Shown here piece by piece: positions 1 to 10,456 of a stretch of DNA of 64,000 nucleotides. Both the position numbers and the translations under genes were made by a program. Source of the DNA: a bacterium (GTDB taxonomy: Bacteria > UBA8248 > JACPRG01 > G963555815). Where the stretch lies: positions 288,001 through 352,000 of the forward strand of contig CBDHDG010000005.1 of assembly GCA_965261595.1 (NCBI GenBank), written 5' to 3'. Positions within the stretch are counted from its first letter, which is position 1. Each line of letters starts with the position of its first letter. The notes beneath the pieces were generated by a model. That model saw nothing but the letters and a program-made list of their open reading frames with translations, had not been told where the DNA came from and did no database searches.

Positions 1-1104
1 GTGAAGACCCGGCGCGGGAAACCCGCTCGGCCCGGCGAGATCCCGTTCGCGATCGCGGCCGAACCCGGGACGGTCTTCCTCTCCCTTCTGGGGGCCTGTG
101 AGAACAACCTGAAGAATGTTGATTTCCACCTCCCCCTCGGGACGTTCACGTGCGTGACGGGGGTCTCCGGATCGGGAAAGAGCACCCTGGTGCACGATAC
201 GCTTTATCAGGCCCTCCACCGGGTCTTCCACGGCGGCTCGACGCCGATGGGCCGGTTCCGGGAGGTCCGGGGGGTGGAGGCGCTCGGAGGGATCGTCCTG
301 TTGGATCAGGCCCCCATCGGCCGCACCCCGAGGTCGAACCCGGTGACCTACATCAAGGCCTACGACGCCATCCGGCGGCTCTTTGCCGAGACCCCCGCCG
401 CCCGCCTCCTGCGCTACGGCCCCGGGCATTTCTCCTTCAACGTCGCCGGCGGGCGGTGCGAGCGGTGCAAGGGAGACGGCCACGAGAAGATCGAGATGCA
501 CTTCATGGCCGACCTGTTCGTGCGCTGCCCGGAGTGCGAGGGGAAGCGGTTCCGGCCCTCGACGCTGGAGGTGAAGCGCCGGGGCAAGAACATCCACGAC
601 GTTCTCTCCCTGACGGTGGACGGCGCCTTGCGGTTTTTCGCCGGCGAGCCGTCCCTGGTGCGGCGGCTGGAGGCCCTCTCCCGCGTGGGGTTGGGATACA
701 TCCGTCTGGGACAGCCGGCGACGACCCTCTCGGGCGGAGAGGCGCAGCGGTTGAAGATCGCCGTCCATCTCTCCGGGAAAGACCCGTCGCGCATGCTCTA
801 CATCCTGGATGAGCCGACGACGGGCCTTCATTTTCACGACGTGGAGGTCCTGTTGCGCGCCTTGCACCGGCTGGTGGCTCTCGGCAACACGGTCCTCGTC
901 ATCGAGCACAACCTGGATGTGGTCAAGACGGCCGATCACATCGTGGACCTGGGTCCCGGCGGGGGCGACGCGGGCGGGCGGATCGTCGCGCGGGGGACGC
1001 CCGAAGAAATCGCCGATTGTCCCGAGTCCCTCACGGGCCGATACCTCCGCCCGCTCCTCGAAGTCCGCCCGCGCGATGAGGCCGTGATGGGGTCAGGGGT
1101 TTAG
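1..1104 (+). CDS. uvrA: Excinuclease ABC subunit A, C-terminal part (5' truncated by window edge)
   Basis: GVSGSGKS Walker A, PIGRTPRSNP, FSFN..GGRCE.CKGDG zinc finger, TLSGGEAQR signature, LDEPTTGLH Walker B. Confidence 0.95.
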   Translation: MKTRRGKPARPGEIPFAIAAEPGTVFLSLLGACENNLKNVDFHLPLGTFTCVTGVSGSGKSTLVHDTLYQALHRVFHGGSTPMGRFREVRGVEALGGIVLLDQAPIGRTPRSNPVTYIKAYDAIRRLFAETPAARLLRYGPGHFSFNVAGGRCERCKGDGHEKIEMHFMADLFVRCPECEGKRFRPSTLEVKRRGKNIHDVLSLTVDGALRFFAGEPSLVRRLEALSRVGLGYIRLGQPATTLSGGEAQRLKIAVHLSGKDPSRMLYILDEPTTGLHFHDVEVLLRALHRLVALGNTVLVIEHNLDVVKTADHIVDLGPGGGDAGGRIVARGTPEEIADCPESLTGRYLRPLLEVRPRDEAVMGSGV

Positions 1105-1314
1105 TTTTGGTTTTTGATTTCCATGTTCTTCCGGTTGCATCCAATCAGATTCATCCGGCCTCATATCCCCCTCCCGAGCACACGAGAAAGTCACCAGTGG
1201 AAGCGATTCATCCGTGACACCCTTGTTCCGAATCCGTTCCTGGAAGAAAATGTAGACGATCCCCTTTTCCCGTTAGATTAGATTATTTTTTTGACTCTTT
1301 CCCCGACGACGGCG

Positions 1315-2481
1315 ATGCGCAAACCTCTCTTATATTTCGCTTCCGCTCTCATCCTCCTGCCCGCCCTGTGGGCGTTCGCCTCGCGCCCCGCCGTCAGCCT
1401 CCTGGCCGCCATCGACATTCTTTCCGATCAGGGAGGTCCGCTTGCCCGGATCCACCCGGAGGTGAAGAAAGAGGGCGTGCGGATCCCCGTAGGGGGAAAG
1501 ACGCTCGAAGCGGACTTCTACCGCCGGACCGGTCCGGGCGGGTCCGTCAAGCGCCCCGGCCTGTTGCTCATTCACGGTCTCGCCGAGGCGGGGAAGGACG
1601 ATCCAAAGCTCGTCCGCTTCGCAACAACGATGGCCCGGGCGGGGTTCGCCGTCCTGGTTCCGGATTTCACAGGCCTGAAGTCGTTCCGCGTCCGGCGGGA
1701 CTCGGTGGACGAGGCGGCCGCCGCGTTCGATCATCTGGCGGCGAAGGCCCCGGGCGTCCAGCCCGGAAAAAACGGCATCCTGGGAATCAGCTTCGGCGGG
1801 GGAATCGGCCTGCTGGCGGCGGTGGACGCCGGTATCCGCGAGCGAGTCGCGTATGTCGTCTCCTTCGGCGGGTACTACGACCTGTCCAATGTGATCCGGT
1901 ACTACACCACCGGGGGCTATGCCTACGGCCCCGAGCGCGGCATCGGCAATCCGGTCCCCTGGGCCAAGTGGCATCTCATCCTGAAAAACCTGGATTTCCT
2001 GGAGGACCCCGCCGACCGGACGGCGTTCGACGCCCTGGCCCGGCGGAAGCTGCGTGAGGAGACGGCCGACGTTTCCGGATGGGCGCGGAGACTCTCCCCC
2101 CGGGGCCGGGCGCTCTATGCCGTCTTGGCGGAAGAGGATTTCTCCCGCTTCCCGCCGCTCTACGCGAAGGTGTCGCCGCGCGTGCGGGATTTGCTGAGGG
2201 CGCTCTCGCTTCCGGAAAAAATCCGCGACGTGAAGGCGGACGTGATCCTCTCCCACAGCATCCCCGACCCGCTCATCCCCCACACGGAGACGCTCCGCCT
2301 GGCCGACGCCTTGAAGGAGAGCGGACGGCCGGACGTGAGCGTGACGCTCCTGAGGCTCTTCCGCCACGTGGACCCCGCCCGGCCCGCCGGGACGGAATCC
2401 CTGGGATGGCTCGAAAAGGTCCAAGAGGGCTGGAAGTTCTTCCGTCTGGTGGACCGCATCCGCGCAAAGGCGGGACTTTAG
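1315..2481 (+). CDS. Alpha/beta-hydrolase fold protein with N-terminal hydrophobic anchor
   Basis: LLLIHG, GISFGGG nucleophile elbow, downstream D and H; N-terminal hydrophobic stretch. Confidence 0.7.
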   Translation: MRKPLLYFASALILLPALWAFASRPAVSLLAAIDILSDQGGPLARIHPEVKKEGVRIPVGGKTLEADFYRRTGPGGSVKRPGLLLIHGLAEAGKDDPKLVRFATTMARAGFAVLVPDFTGLKSFRVRRDSVDEAAAAFDHLAAKAPGVQPGKNGILGISFGGGIGLLAAVDAGIRERVAYVVSFGGYYDLSNVIRYYTTGGYAYGPERGIGNPVPWAKWHLILKNLDFLEDPADRTAFDALARRKLREETADVSGWARRLSPRGRALYAVLAEEDFSRFPPLYAKVSPRVRDLLRALSLPEKIRDVKADVILSHSIPDPLIPHTETLRLADALKESGRPDVSVTLLRLFRHVDPARPAGTESLGWLEKVQEGWKFFRLVDRIRAKAGL

Positions 2482-2494
2482 GAGAGGTGAAAAC

Positions 2495-2600
2495 CTTGTG
2501 GGGGGCGCTTTTTGAAAGGCGCCCCCCCACGCCCCCCCGCAAAACTTTTGTTTCGCGACAAGGGGCGGCTCCCTTGGGGAGCCGCCCCTTGTCGCAAGTG
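2495..2600. repeat. Intergenic palindromic repeat, copy A (GGGGGCGCTTTTTGAAAGGCGCCCCCCC...CCCCCCCGCAAAACTT followed by a long GC hairpin)
   Basis: Near-identical to 49690-49795; related copies at 49903-49958 (inverted) and 63797-63870. Confidence 0.85.
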
Positions 2601-2847
2601 CTTCCTTAAAATCCATTTATCTGTCATTTCGGTTAATCTGTTATTCCGAGCACAGCGAGGAATCGCGCCTTCCCCTCCCCGTTGGATATCCACCCCCCGC
2701 TCAGCCTTCGGATCACAGCGGACTTGAAACCGGCGTAGCGACTGTCTACCTCGTCAAGGGTGAATCGCTTTGGGCTGCCATGGTTGCCCGGTTCGGACCA
2801 TTGGACCGCCCCTGGGTTATTGGACACTCGGGTGAGGGTATTCGACC

Positions 2848-3752
2848 TCATGCGGCCTCCGCAACTTGAGCGAGTTTTTCCTGCCTTGCCTGGGCCGGCG
2901 TTCGGTAGCCGTAGCCCTCGAGAATCCAATGATGGTTGTACAGGTTCTTGAACTCAAGCAGCGCCCACCGCAGTTCCTCTACGGTGGCGAAAGAGCGCAC
3001 CCACAGGAGATTCTCCTTCAAGATGCGGATAAACCACTCACAGTAGCCATTTCCCTCGGGCGCCCGCACGAAGCTGGGCGAACTGGTCATGCCCAGGTAG
3101 GCGATCTCCCGCTGAAAGTCATCGGACAGATAGGCGGGGCCGTGGTCGTGACGAACTTTAAGCCCCTCGGCGACGTCCGCCTCCAAGCCGGCGAAGCGCT
3201 CGGCGACCCCCTGCCGGATCGGCTCCAGGGCCTCGAAGCGGTTGCCGCTCTTGGCCGCATGGATCCCCACGCAGTCCACCGAGCAGTGATCCACCGCCAC
3301 GAACACCGAGGCCACCCCCTCCTCGGTGGTCACCGTCGTCGTCATGTCCGTGCCCCACATTCGGTCGGGCCGCTCGGTGCGGATGGTCCCGTTGTGGGCC
3401 TTGGGACCTCGGGGTTTGCCCACCCGGTGGGGGGCCTGAAGCCCCGCCTCCCGCATCAGGCGACGCATCCGCTCCTTGCTGGTGCGGATGCCCGCGAAGC
3501 GCAGCCTCGCCCACACCTTGCGGTAGCCCTCGCCATGGAAGGGAGAGTCCTCCAGGACCTGCCGGATGTGGCCGAGGAGTTCCGCATCGGTGCACGGGCC
3601 CACAGGGCCGCGCTTATTGGGCGTGGGGCGTTCATGAACGGGGACCGCCTCTCGCCGCCGTTGCGCGTAGACCGTGGAGCGCGCCAAGCCCCAAAGGGCG
3701 CACACCCGCTTCAGGCCGTAGGCTCTGCCCGTGGAGGTGAAGCGGGCCTGAC

Positions 3753-3756
<4 letters not shown>
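2848..3756 (-). CDS. IS3-family transposase OrfB (DDE integrase core)
   Basis: GYRKVWARLR, WGTDMT, RHDHGPAY, PEGNGYCEWFIRILKE; ATG overlaps the orfA stop (ATGA). Confidence 0.92.
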
Positions 3757-5058
<1,302 letters not shown>

Positions 5059-5094
5059 TCAATGCCGACATAGACTTCCTGGGTGTTCATGAAA

Positions 5095-5305
5095 TGGGTC
5101 TCCCTTCCTTGCGAATCCGGGCTCAAGATGGCCCTAGCGACTGTTCGGGATTCGACTTCCAAATGGATGGGGAGCCTCGCTACGAAACGGTCTCTAAGGA
5201 CCTGGGGCCGGTGCGGTCTCCCGTCCACGTTCTTCCCCTCACCCTCGGGGATAGACCTCCTCATTGTCATGCCCAAAAAAGGCCGCGACAAGGCTTTGTC
5301 CATCA
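5095..5305 (-). ncRNA. Putative IS110 bridge RNA (target-binding and donor-binding loops); ends approximate
   Basis: Guides ACCGGCCCC (5204-5212) and CGTAG (5180-5184) match the reconstituted target ACCGGCCC-CT-ACG. ACAGTCGCT (5136-5144) and CAAG (5108-5111) match the donor junction ACAGTCG-CT-TG. Each pair flanks an internal hairpin. Confidence 0.8.
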
Positions 5306-5456
5306 ATGCCAAGATTACAAGGGGCCGGTCTCCGTACCGGCCCGTCACACGCCCGCGTGGAGAACGGGGTGTTTCAGCCAGGCGACTCCCTTGCATCGGG
5401 CAATCTATTGAAAGGCAACCAGTTCACCGGCCCATCCGAATGAGGCGGAAAAAGAC

Positions 5457-5490
5457 AAAAAAAAGACCGCGCCATGACGGCGCGGCCCTT
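5457..5490 (-). terminator. Rho-independent terminator of the 5532-6101 gene
   Basis: Minus strand GGCCGCGCC-GTCAT-GGCGCGGTC followed by a T8 run. Confidence 0.75.
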
Positions 5491-5531
5491 GCGGATTCAA
5501 TACACTCGGCTCGGGAGGAAAACGCCCGGTC

Positions 5532-6101
5532 CTACGGAACGTTGCTTCCGTCGCTGATGGGCGGGACGATCCTCCCCTCGATGACGCCGAAATTCCTGGC
5601 GAATGTCAGGTTGGATTTCGGCGGCGGGAACTTCTTGGGCGCGAGGATATCCAGGGTGACGTCAAACGACCCCACCCGGCTGATCCGGCCCTCCACGTCC
5701 CGCGCCCAGATCTTGATGTAGACGTACAGGTCCTGCGTGTTCGAGAGCGTCCCGCTGTGGATGGCGTCGAACGTGCTCAACGTGAAGTGGCCGGAGACCT
5801 CCTTCTCCTCGCCCGGCTTGATCCGGTAATTGCCGAAGGAGACTTCCGCGTAGGGCGGGCTCTCGAAGCTCCAGACGATCTCCTTGAGATCGGCCGCGCC
5901 CGCCTTGACCGAGACGTAGACCGGCAGGTCGTTGGGCGGGACGATCCGCTTCGGCGCGTGCATCAGGACGAGCTTCGGGCCATCGGGCGAGATGATTCGA
6001 CCCTTCCGGATCGTCGTCTGCGCCATCGCGCCCGTTGCGGCGATGGTTATCCAGAGAAAGAAAACCCCCAGCGTAAACGCCCAAGCTTTCCGAGTCGCCA
6101 T
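5532..6101 (-). CDS. Hypothetical secreted protein (beta-rich, signal peptide ending AMA|Q)
   Basis: RBS GGAGA upstream, signal peptide, high GC3 codon usage, terminator downstream. Confidence 0.7.
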   Translation of the reverse strand: MATRKAWAFTLGVFFLWITIAATGAMAQTTIRKGRIISPDGPKLVLMHAPKRIVPPNDLPVYVSVKAGAADLKEIVWSFESPPYAEVSFGNYRIKPGEEKEVSGHFTLSTFDAIHSGTLSNTQDLYVYIKIWARDVEGRISRVGSFDVTLDILAPKKFPPPKSNLTFARNFGVIEGRIVPPISDGSNVP

Positions 6102-6261
6102 CTTTCCATCTCCCGGTGGTTCAGCACCCTAACCTGCGCGACGTTCGGCCTGTGCGGGAGGTCCCACCCCGGGGGTCCGAAGCCCACATCACAATATATT
6201 CGGATCAACGCACCCCGGTGACACATATTCCCGGACGAATCCCCCCCTCCCCCTCCCCCCC

Positions 6262-7107
6262 TCAACCGCTCACGCCGCGGAGCTCCCGCAGCTTCTCCGC
6301 CGGATCGTCCGCGCGCATCAGGGCCTCGCCGACCAGGAAGCAGTGGAAATCGCCCCGCTGAAGCCGCTCGATGTCGGCGCGGGAGTGAATCCCGCTCTCG
6401 GCCACCTTCACGCACCCCTCCGGAATCCCCGCCGCCAGCTCAAGGGACGTCCCGGTGTCCGTATGAAAGTTGGCCAGGTTTCGGTTGTTCACCCCGATGA
6501 TGTCCGCCCCGCAGGCCGCCGCCCGTTCGACCTCCTCCGCCGTGTGCGCCTCGACCAGCGCCGCCATCCCGAGATCCTGGGCGAGGGCCTGAAGGTCGCG
6601 GATCTCCTCGTCCCGAAGGCATCGGGCGATGAGGAGAATGGCGTCCGCGCCCGCGGCCCGGGCCTGATAGACCTGATAGGGGGTCACCATGAAGTCCTTG
6701 CGGAGGACGGGGATCGAAACCGACTCCCGCACCGCGGACAGGTGGTCGAGGCGGCCCTGAAAGTACCGGGGCTCGGTCAGGACGGAGAGGGCGGCCGCGC
6801 CGCCGCTTTCGTACCGGCGGCTCAGGCCGACCGGGTCGTAGGGGTTCGCGATGAGGCCGGCCGAAGGCGACGCCCGCTTGGCCTCGGCGATGATCCGGAC
6901 CTCTCCCCCGTTTCCCCCGCCGCTCCCGCCCGCCAGAGCCCCTTTGAAATCGCGCGGCGCGGGGGCGGCCCCGGCCCGCCGGCGGATCTCCGCCTCCGGA
7001 ACGCGCCGAATCTCGTCTTCCAGCGCCGCCCGGACGGATTCGACGATCTCCTCGAGGACGGTCCGCCGGGCGGAGGATCCATGGGAGGATGTTCGGTTCT
7101 CAGCCAT
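6262..7107 (-). CDS. trpC: Indole-3-glycerol phosphate synthase
   Basis: IIAEAKRASPSAG, SVLTEPRYFQG, LRKDF, GVNNRNL, AESGI, LVGEALM. Confidence 0.96.
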   Translation of the reverse strand: MAENRTSSHGSSARRTVLEEIVESVRAALEDEIRRVPEAEIRRRAGAAPAPRDFKGALAGGSGGGNGGEVRIIAEAKRASPSAGLIANPYDPVGLSRRYESGGAAALSVLTEPRYFQGRLDHLSAVRESVSIPVLRKDFMVTPYQVYQARAAGADAILLIARCLRDEEIRDLQALAQDLGMAALVEAHTAEEVERAAACGADIIGVNNRNLANFHTDTGTSLELAAGIPEGCVKVAESGIHSRADIERLQRGDFHCFLVGEALMRADDPAEKLRELRGVSG

Positions 7108-8137
7108 CGGATTTCGCGGATGGGTCTGGACGGCGGGTGAACGCCTTGACGGCTTCCAGCTTGGCCAGGGCGGCGCCGGAATCGATGGATTCGACGGCCG
7201 GGGCGACCGCGTCTTTCATCGAGTCGGTGATCCCGCCGACGTAAATCGCCGCGGCCGCGTTGAGGAGAACGATGTCCCGGGCGGGACCGGTCCGGCCGTT
7301 GAGGACCATCAGCGTTGTCCGGACGTTGTCTTCCAGGGTCGCCACCTGGCAGGCGTCGATGGGATGGGCGGTGAGTCCCAGGTCCTCCGGGGAAAGGTCG
7401 AAGGTGCGGACTTTGCCTTCCCGGACCTCGGAGACCCGGGTTTTCCCGGCCAGGGTGATCTCGTCCAGCCCGTCCGAGCCGTGGACGACCAGGGCCCGGT
7501 AAACCCCCAGGTTGTTGAGGACGCTGGCCATCAGTTCGGTCAAGGAGGCGTCGTAGACCCCGATGATCTGCCCCTGGGACCCCGCCGGGTTCGTCAGGGG
7601 ACCCATGACGTTGAAGATGCTACGCAGGCCGGTCTCCCGCCTGGGGCCGACGGCGTACTTCATCGAGGCGTGCAGGGCGGGAGCGAACAGGAACGCGAAG
7701 CCGACTTCGTCGAGACAGGCGCCGACGCGCTCGGGGGAGATCTCGATGTCGACCCCGAGCGCCCCCAGGACGTCCGCGCTTCCGCAATGGCTGGAGACGG
7801 CCCGGTTCCCGTGCTTGGCCATGGGCGCGCCCGCCCCGGCGGCCACCAGGGCGGCGGTGGTCGAAATGTTGAACGTATGCGAGCCGTCGCCTCCCGTTCC
7901 GGCGGTGTCCACCACAAGGTCGTGCCTCGTCTCGATCTTCGTGGCCTTGGCGCGCATGGTGCGCGCGCTTCCGGTGATCTCCTCGACGGTCTCCCCCTTC
8001 ATGCGGAGGGCCGTCATGTAGGCGGCGATCTGGGCCGGCGTGCACAGCCCGCTCATGATCTCGTTCATGACCTCCTCGGCCTCATCCACCGAGAGGTGGT
8101 TTCCCGCAACGATTTTTGTCAGGGCTTCTTTGATCAT
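7100..8137 (-). CDS. trpD: Anthranilate phosphoribosyltransferase
   Basis: DTAGTGGDGSHTFNIST, AKHGNRAVSS, GSADVL, GPLTNP, DGLDE. Confidence 0.97.
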   Translation of the reverse strand: MIKEALTKIVAGNHLSVDEAEEVMNEIMSGLCTPAQIAAYMTALRMKGETVEEITGSARTMRAKATKIETRHDLVVDTAGTGGDGSHTFNISTTAALVAAGAGAPMAKHGNRAVSSHCGSADVLGALGVDIEISPERVGACLDEVGFAFLFAPALHASMKYAVGPRRETGLRSIFNVMGPLTNPAGSQGQIIGVYDASLTELMASVLNNLGVYRALVVHGSDGLDEITLAGKTRVSEVREGKVRTFDLSPEDLGLTAHPIDACQVATLEDNVRTTLMVLNGRTGPARDIVLLNAAAAIYVGGITDSMKDAVAPAVESIDSGAALAKLEAVKAFTRRPDPSAKSDG

Positions 8138-8150
8138 GGGTCTCGACGCT

Positions 8151-9104
8151 TCATGAGCCTTCCGGGGAAGGCGTGACCAACGGGAGGGCCTCAACCTTTT
8201 GAATTCTGAGGGGGAGGTAATAAAGCTTCGTCCTGAACCTGAATTCTTCCCCCGCCCTCAGGCTTTCATCCCCGTAGTAGAAGCCCCTTTCATCGCTGTA
8301 CGCGCACAGGCATTCCAGTTTCAGCCTGATACTCCGCCTTTTGGGTATCGGCCAATAGTTATCGCCTATTTTCGGAATCTCTTGCCGGGACCCGGGGGGC
8401 GGCCGGAAGACACGGCTGAGCTTCAACCACAGGAATCGGCCCTCGGGAGCATTCGGGGCGGGCAACGCCCGGTCTCCCCGCCGGGGCATGTCGGCCACAG
8501 CCTCTTCAATCAAATCCGTGCGCGCCCAAATCCGCAACCTCCTCCTCACGGGTAAATACTGGATGATGAAGGTGTCATCCAGCCGGAGGGCTTCGCCCAC
8601 GAGAACGTACTCCGGTGTCACGAACGTGTAGGACTTTCCGCGGATGAACGGTTGCTGTTTGTAGTAGAAGGTTTTTCCCTCCATCCGCCCGTAGATCTTC
8701 ATCCTGACGCGAACCATCCTTTTCTCTCCCGGGACGGTGGCCAGGACCTTTCTCTTGCCCATGTTCACGACGTTGAGTTGCGGGTCGTTCCCCAGGACCT
8801 CCAGGATCTCGGCCGTTCTGTCCGGATGCGCGGTGTCCCGATTTCCGGGACGGATCCGGGCGGCCAGGGTCGGGTCCAGATCCCGAAAGACGAACTGGAC
8901 GTCCCGGATGACCACGGGCGACCCCTTCGGTCCTTTCCGGGTGTTTGTCCCGGGACCGGACGCGGCCGAGCTTGTGTCCGTCGGGATCATCGCGGGCGTC
9001 GAGAACCCGTAGTACCCGACCAGTAAGGCGGCCGCGAGGATCGCCGAGAGGTCGAACAGGTTCACCCAGCCGCCGATTCTTCCTTTTTCGTCCACCCACT
9101 TCAA
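8151..9104 (-). CDS. DUF4330-like membrane-anchored protein with two related domains
   Basis: N-terminus VDEKGRIGGWVNLFDL plus a TM segment; two halves ending FYYKQQPFIRGKSYTFVT and FYYGDESLRAGEEFRFRT. Confidence 0.6.
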   Translation of the reverse strand: MKWVDEKGRIGGWVNLFDLSAILAAALLVGYYGFSTPAMIPTDTSSAASGPGTNTRKGPKGSPVVIRDVQFVFRDLDPTLAARIRPGNRDTAHPDRTAEILEVLGNDPQLNVVNMGKRKVLATVPGEKRMVRVRMKIYGRMEGKTFYYKQQPFIRGKSYTFVTPEYVLVGEALRLDDTFIIQYLPVRRRLRIWARTDLIEEAVADMPRRGDRALPAPNAPEGRFLWLKLSRVFRPPPGSRQEIPKIGDNYWPIPKRRSIRLKLECLCAYSDERGFYYGDESLRAGEEFRFRTKLYYLPLRIQKVEALPLVTPSPEGS

Positions 9105-9305
9105 TCGCTGATCGCTCCGCCGGGTTTCCGTGGCCCGGTCGCTCCGAATGCCGCCGGAATTTCCGAATGAGGCCCATTCACTACCACACCCCCCGCCGAA
9201 TGGGCAAATCCTCTATTTTGGGCGGGTGTCGCCGCACTTCACTCTCCCCGGCCTGCCGGGACGCCGCGATCCAGCCGTTTTTTCTTTCTGGCGCCCAATT
9301 TTCCC

Positions 9306-9333
9306 TTGACAGCACATCCCGGAGGCCTATCTT
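9306..9333 (+). promoter_or_regulatory. Putative sigma70 promoter for the PxxKW gene
   Basis: TTGACA-16 nt-TATCTT in an AT-richer divergent intergenic region. Confidence 0.45.
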
Positions 9334-9478
9334 TCTTGGGATTTTCCCGCGCCGCTTGGTTGAGTATTGAGGTCCGGCATCCGATGAAACCAATTTGGCG
9401 CGGGAATTTTTTGTTTTCGTGGATTTTTTCCGGCCGCCAGCGGACATCCCGTCGCCGGCCGGTAAAGGAGATTCGAAG

Positions 9479-9763
9479 ATGATTTGCACGACGATTCGGG
9501 AAGACGTGGAGTGCGCATTTATGACGAAGGAGGGGTGCGGGTTCAACGGAGGACAGTGCCACACCATCGTCGAGCAGTGTGAAGGCTGCAAATCCGTGGT
9601 GGATTTCCCGTCCGGGAAATATTGCCGGGTCTCTCCCGATCCCGGGGGCAAGTGGGCGTTCGGCCCCTGCAACCTCGCGAGCCATCTGGATCGAAAGAAG
9701 GTCGTCGCCGACCGGAAAATCAACCCGCTCAAGGCTTCCAAACGAGCCCAAAAAGCCGGATGA
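9479..9763 (+). CDS. PxxKW-family cysteine-rich protein
   Basis: MICTT..ECAFM...GC.FNGGQC..IVEQCEGC, PGGKW..GPCNLASH, KINPLKASKR; RBS AAGGAG. Confidence 0.85.
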   Translation: MICTTIREDVECAFMTKEGCGFNGGQCHTIVEQCEGCKSVVDFPSGKYCRVSPDPGGKWAFGPCNLASHLDRKKVVADRKINPLKASKRAQKAG

Positions 9764-9794
9764 GCCCTCCCCCCCCCTCCCGGCTTCTTCGCCC

Positions 9795-9854
9795 CGGGGG
9801 GTCTCAGACCCCCCGGGTCCCAGACCCCGAGAGTCCCAGACCCCGGGGGTCTGA
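9795..9854. repeat. Short ~16-bp tandem repeat (GGTCnCAGACCCC, 3-4 units) between convergent genes
   Basis: Units GGGTCTCAGACCCC, GGGTCCCAGACCCC, GAGTCCCAGACCCC; related to 22226-22298. Confidence 0.6.
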
Positions 9855-9886
9855 TGGGCGGGAGTCGGGGCGTGATAGAGGGCCGT

Positions 9887-10456
9887 TTACCCGGCCATTC
9901 GCAGAACGTTGCCGAGCAGGTTCTTCCCCTCTTCCGTCAAGATCGATTCCGGGTGGAACTGAACCCCCTCCACCATCCCGTCTTCGCTTCGAACGCCCAT
10001 GATCTCGTCGCGGTCCGTCCGGGCGCTGACCCGCAGGTCCGGCGGAAGGCTTTCCGGGTCCAGCAGGAGGGAGTGGTACCGGGTCGCGACGACCGGGTCT
10101 GAAAGACCGGCGAAGACCCCCCGGCTGTCATGAAGCACCTCCGACGTTTTTCCGTGCATGATCCGGCCGGCGCGGACGACCTTTGCGCCGAAGGCGACGC
10201 CCACGGCCTGGTGGCCGAGGCAGACCCCGAAGATGGGGATCTCCCCCCGGAGATCCCGGACAAGCTCCACGCAGATCCCCGCCTTCTCCGGTCGGCCGGG
10301 TCCCGGCGAGATCACGATGAGCTCCGGATTCAGCGCCCGGGCCTCCTCGACCGTCAAGGTGTCGTTCCTCCGCACGTCCACTTCGCCCCCCAGCTCGGAC
10401 AGATACTGAACCAGGTTGTACGTGAACGAATCGTAGTTGTCGATCATCAGGATCAT
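9887..10456 (-). CDS. trpG: Anthranilate/aminodeoxychorismate synthase component II (glutamine amidotransferase)
   Basis: MIDNYDSFTYNL, ISPGPG, GVCLGHQ, RYHSL, GVQFHPES. Confidence 0.93.
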   Translation of the reverse strand: MILMIDNYDSFTYNLVQYLSELGGEVDVRRNDTLTVEEARALNPELIVISPGPGRPEKAGICVELVRDLRGEIPIFGVCLGHQAVGVAFGAKVVRAGRIMHGKTSEVLHDSRGVFAGLSDPVVATRYHSLLLDPESLPPDLRVSARTDRDEIMGVRSEDGMVEGVQFHPESILTEEGKNLLGNVLRMAG

